DNA of 7,556 nt from Adineta steineri (Eukaryota). The translations under genes were made by a program, and so were the position numbers. The stretch is from contig CAJNON010000484.1 of assembly GCA_905250065.1 (NCBI GenBank), positions 46,479 to 54,034 on the forward strand, in the 5' to 3' direction. The notes below the pieces were generated by a model. That model worked only from the letters and a program-made list of their open reading frames with translations. It was not told the origin of the DNA and searched no databases. Below are positions 6,541 to 7,556 of this stretch, one piece after another. Each line of letters opens with the position of its first letter. Within the stretch, counting starts at the first letter, position 1.

Positions 6541-7556
6541 ATGTCGATGAATCAACAATCATTACTTCCAACATTACCTGTAGAAATTGTCTATTACATT
6601 TGCGATTGTCTTGATGCAAAAACAATACTAGTATCATTTCGCAATATATGTCGTCGATTACGAAACATTATAAACAACTATGATAATTACATTCTTGATT
6701 TTAAAAACACTTCACAATCAGACTTTCGACTTATTTCTCGTTTAATTAATCCTCAACGAGTTAAATCATTAACACTCTCTCAACAAACTACAACATTCGA
6801 TCAAACTATATTCTTCGATAAACAATTTCATGTGAAAGATTTTAGCCGACTTCATTCTCTAACATTAATTGGAATTAAAGAAAGTCGATTGAGAGCGGTT
6901 TTAAAGCATATTAACATATTGTCACTTGTTTCATTTTCACTTGAAATTGGTGAACATAAAAAGCAACACGATCATGTAACAGCGACTGTTCTCACATCAA
7001 TACTTACACGGGCCAGTCTTCGCAAACTCGCACTTAACATTGAACAGAATCGTATAGAAGCTATCGAATGGCCTGATCCATGTACGATTGAAGAACTAAA
7101 AATTGACAAGTGTATAGGTTTCGATTCTATTAGGCGAATTCTTCATCATCTGCCTCGTTTGAAAACACTTACTATCGATTGTTATTCAATAAAAACTATT
7201 CATCCAACGAATTTGACAGCTTACTGTCAAAAATTAACTTCAGTATCATTAGAAAAGTTGAATATGAATATTGCTGATCTTGAATTTTTTCTTCAGTCTA
7301 TGCCATCATTAATTGATTTAAAACTTACTGGCAATGGAAATTACTTTGATGGTCATCGTTGGGAAAAATTTATTCAAAAAAATCTACTTGGATTGAAGAA
7401 ATTTCAATTTTATTTCAGTGATTATCAAAATGATCAATTGAATTATCCAGATATTGAACAGATTATTCGATCATTTCAAACTCCATTTTGGATCGAATTA
7501 AAAAAATGGTTTGTCATTTGTGAATACAATATCAATATACCAGAATGGATCAAACT
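6541..7556 (+). CDS. F-box/LRR-like protein, 3'-truncated by window end
   Basis: ATG at 6541 with 338 open codons to the edge: MSMNQQSLLPTLPVEIVYYICDCLDAKTILVSFRNICRRLRNIINNYDNYILDFKN... is an F-box-like LP.EI...I...L....L..F..VCRR.R pattern, followed by LRR-like segments (LRKLALNIEQ, IEELKIDKC, LPRLKTLTIDC, MPSLIDLKLTGNG). Confidence 0.8.
   Translation, partial: MSMNQQSLLPTLPVEIVYYICDCLDAKTILVSFRNICRRLRNIINNYDNYILDFKNTSQSDFRLISRLINPQRVKSLTLSQQTTTFDQTIFFDKQFHVKDFSRLHSLTLIGIKESRLRAVLKHINILSLVSFSLEIGEHKKQHDHVTATVLTSILTRASLRKLALNIEQNRIEAIEWPDPCTIEELKIDKCIGFDSIRRILHHLPRLKTLTIDCYSIKTIHPTNLTAYCQKLTSVSLEKLNMNIADLEFFLQSMPSLIDLKLTGNGNYFDGHRWEKFIQKNLLGLKKFQFYFSDYQNDQLNYPDIEQIIRSFQTPFWIELKKWFVICEYNINIPEWIK

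Overview
The window looks like eukaryotic DNA, most likely from a bdelloid rotifer. That assignment is inferred from an ADP-ribosyltransferase (ART) + TPR gene of a type expanded in bdelloids, short introns, and TGTGGG-like motifs resembling the telomere unit I recall for bdelloids. Three protein-coding loci are supported: (1) a minus-strand RING + TRAF-type zinc-finger protein with a multi-helix hydrophobic C-terminus (1462-2682); (2) a plus-strand ART + TPR gene (3770-6024) with a GC-AG intron, an in-frame TAA in exon 1, and a second disruption explainable as one missing A beside a well-formed 55-nt intron; (3) the 5' part of a plus-strand F-box/LRR-like gene (6541 to window end), absent from the supplied ORF track because it has no stop in the window. 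The strongest unexplained signal is a set of about seven short G/T-rich palindromes. Each reads G-rich arm, short centre, C-rich arm, with consensus ends near GAGGGTGTGGGTGTGA...TCACACCCACACCCTC. They lie in intergenic DNA, inside the ART intron and 27 nt after the ART stop. An eighth C-rich half-copy abuts a 49-nt poly-C run at the left edge. They may be fold-back elements, relics of telomere-repeat-mediated break repair, or structured regulatory elements.
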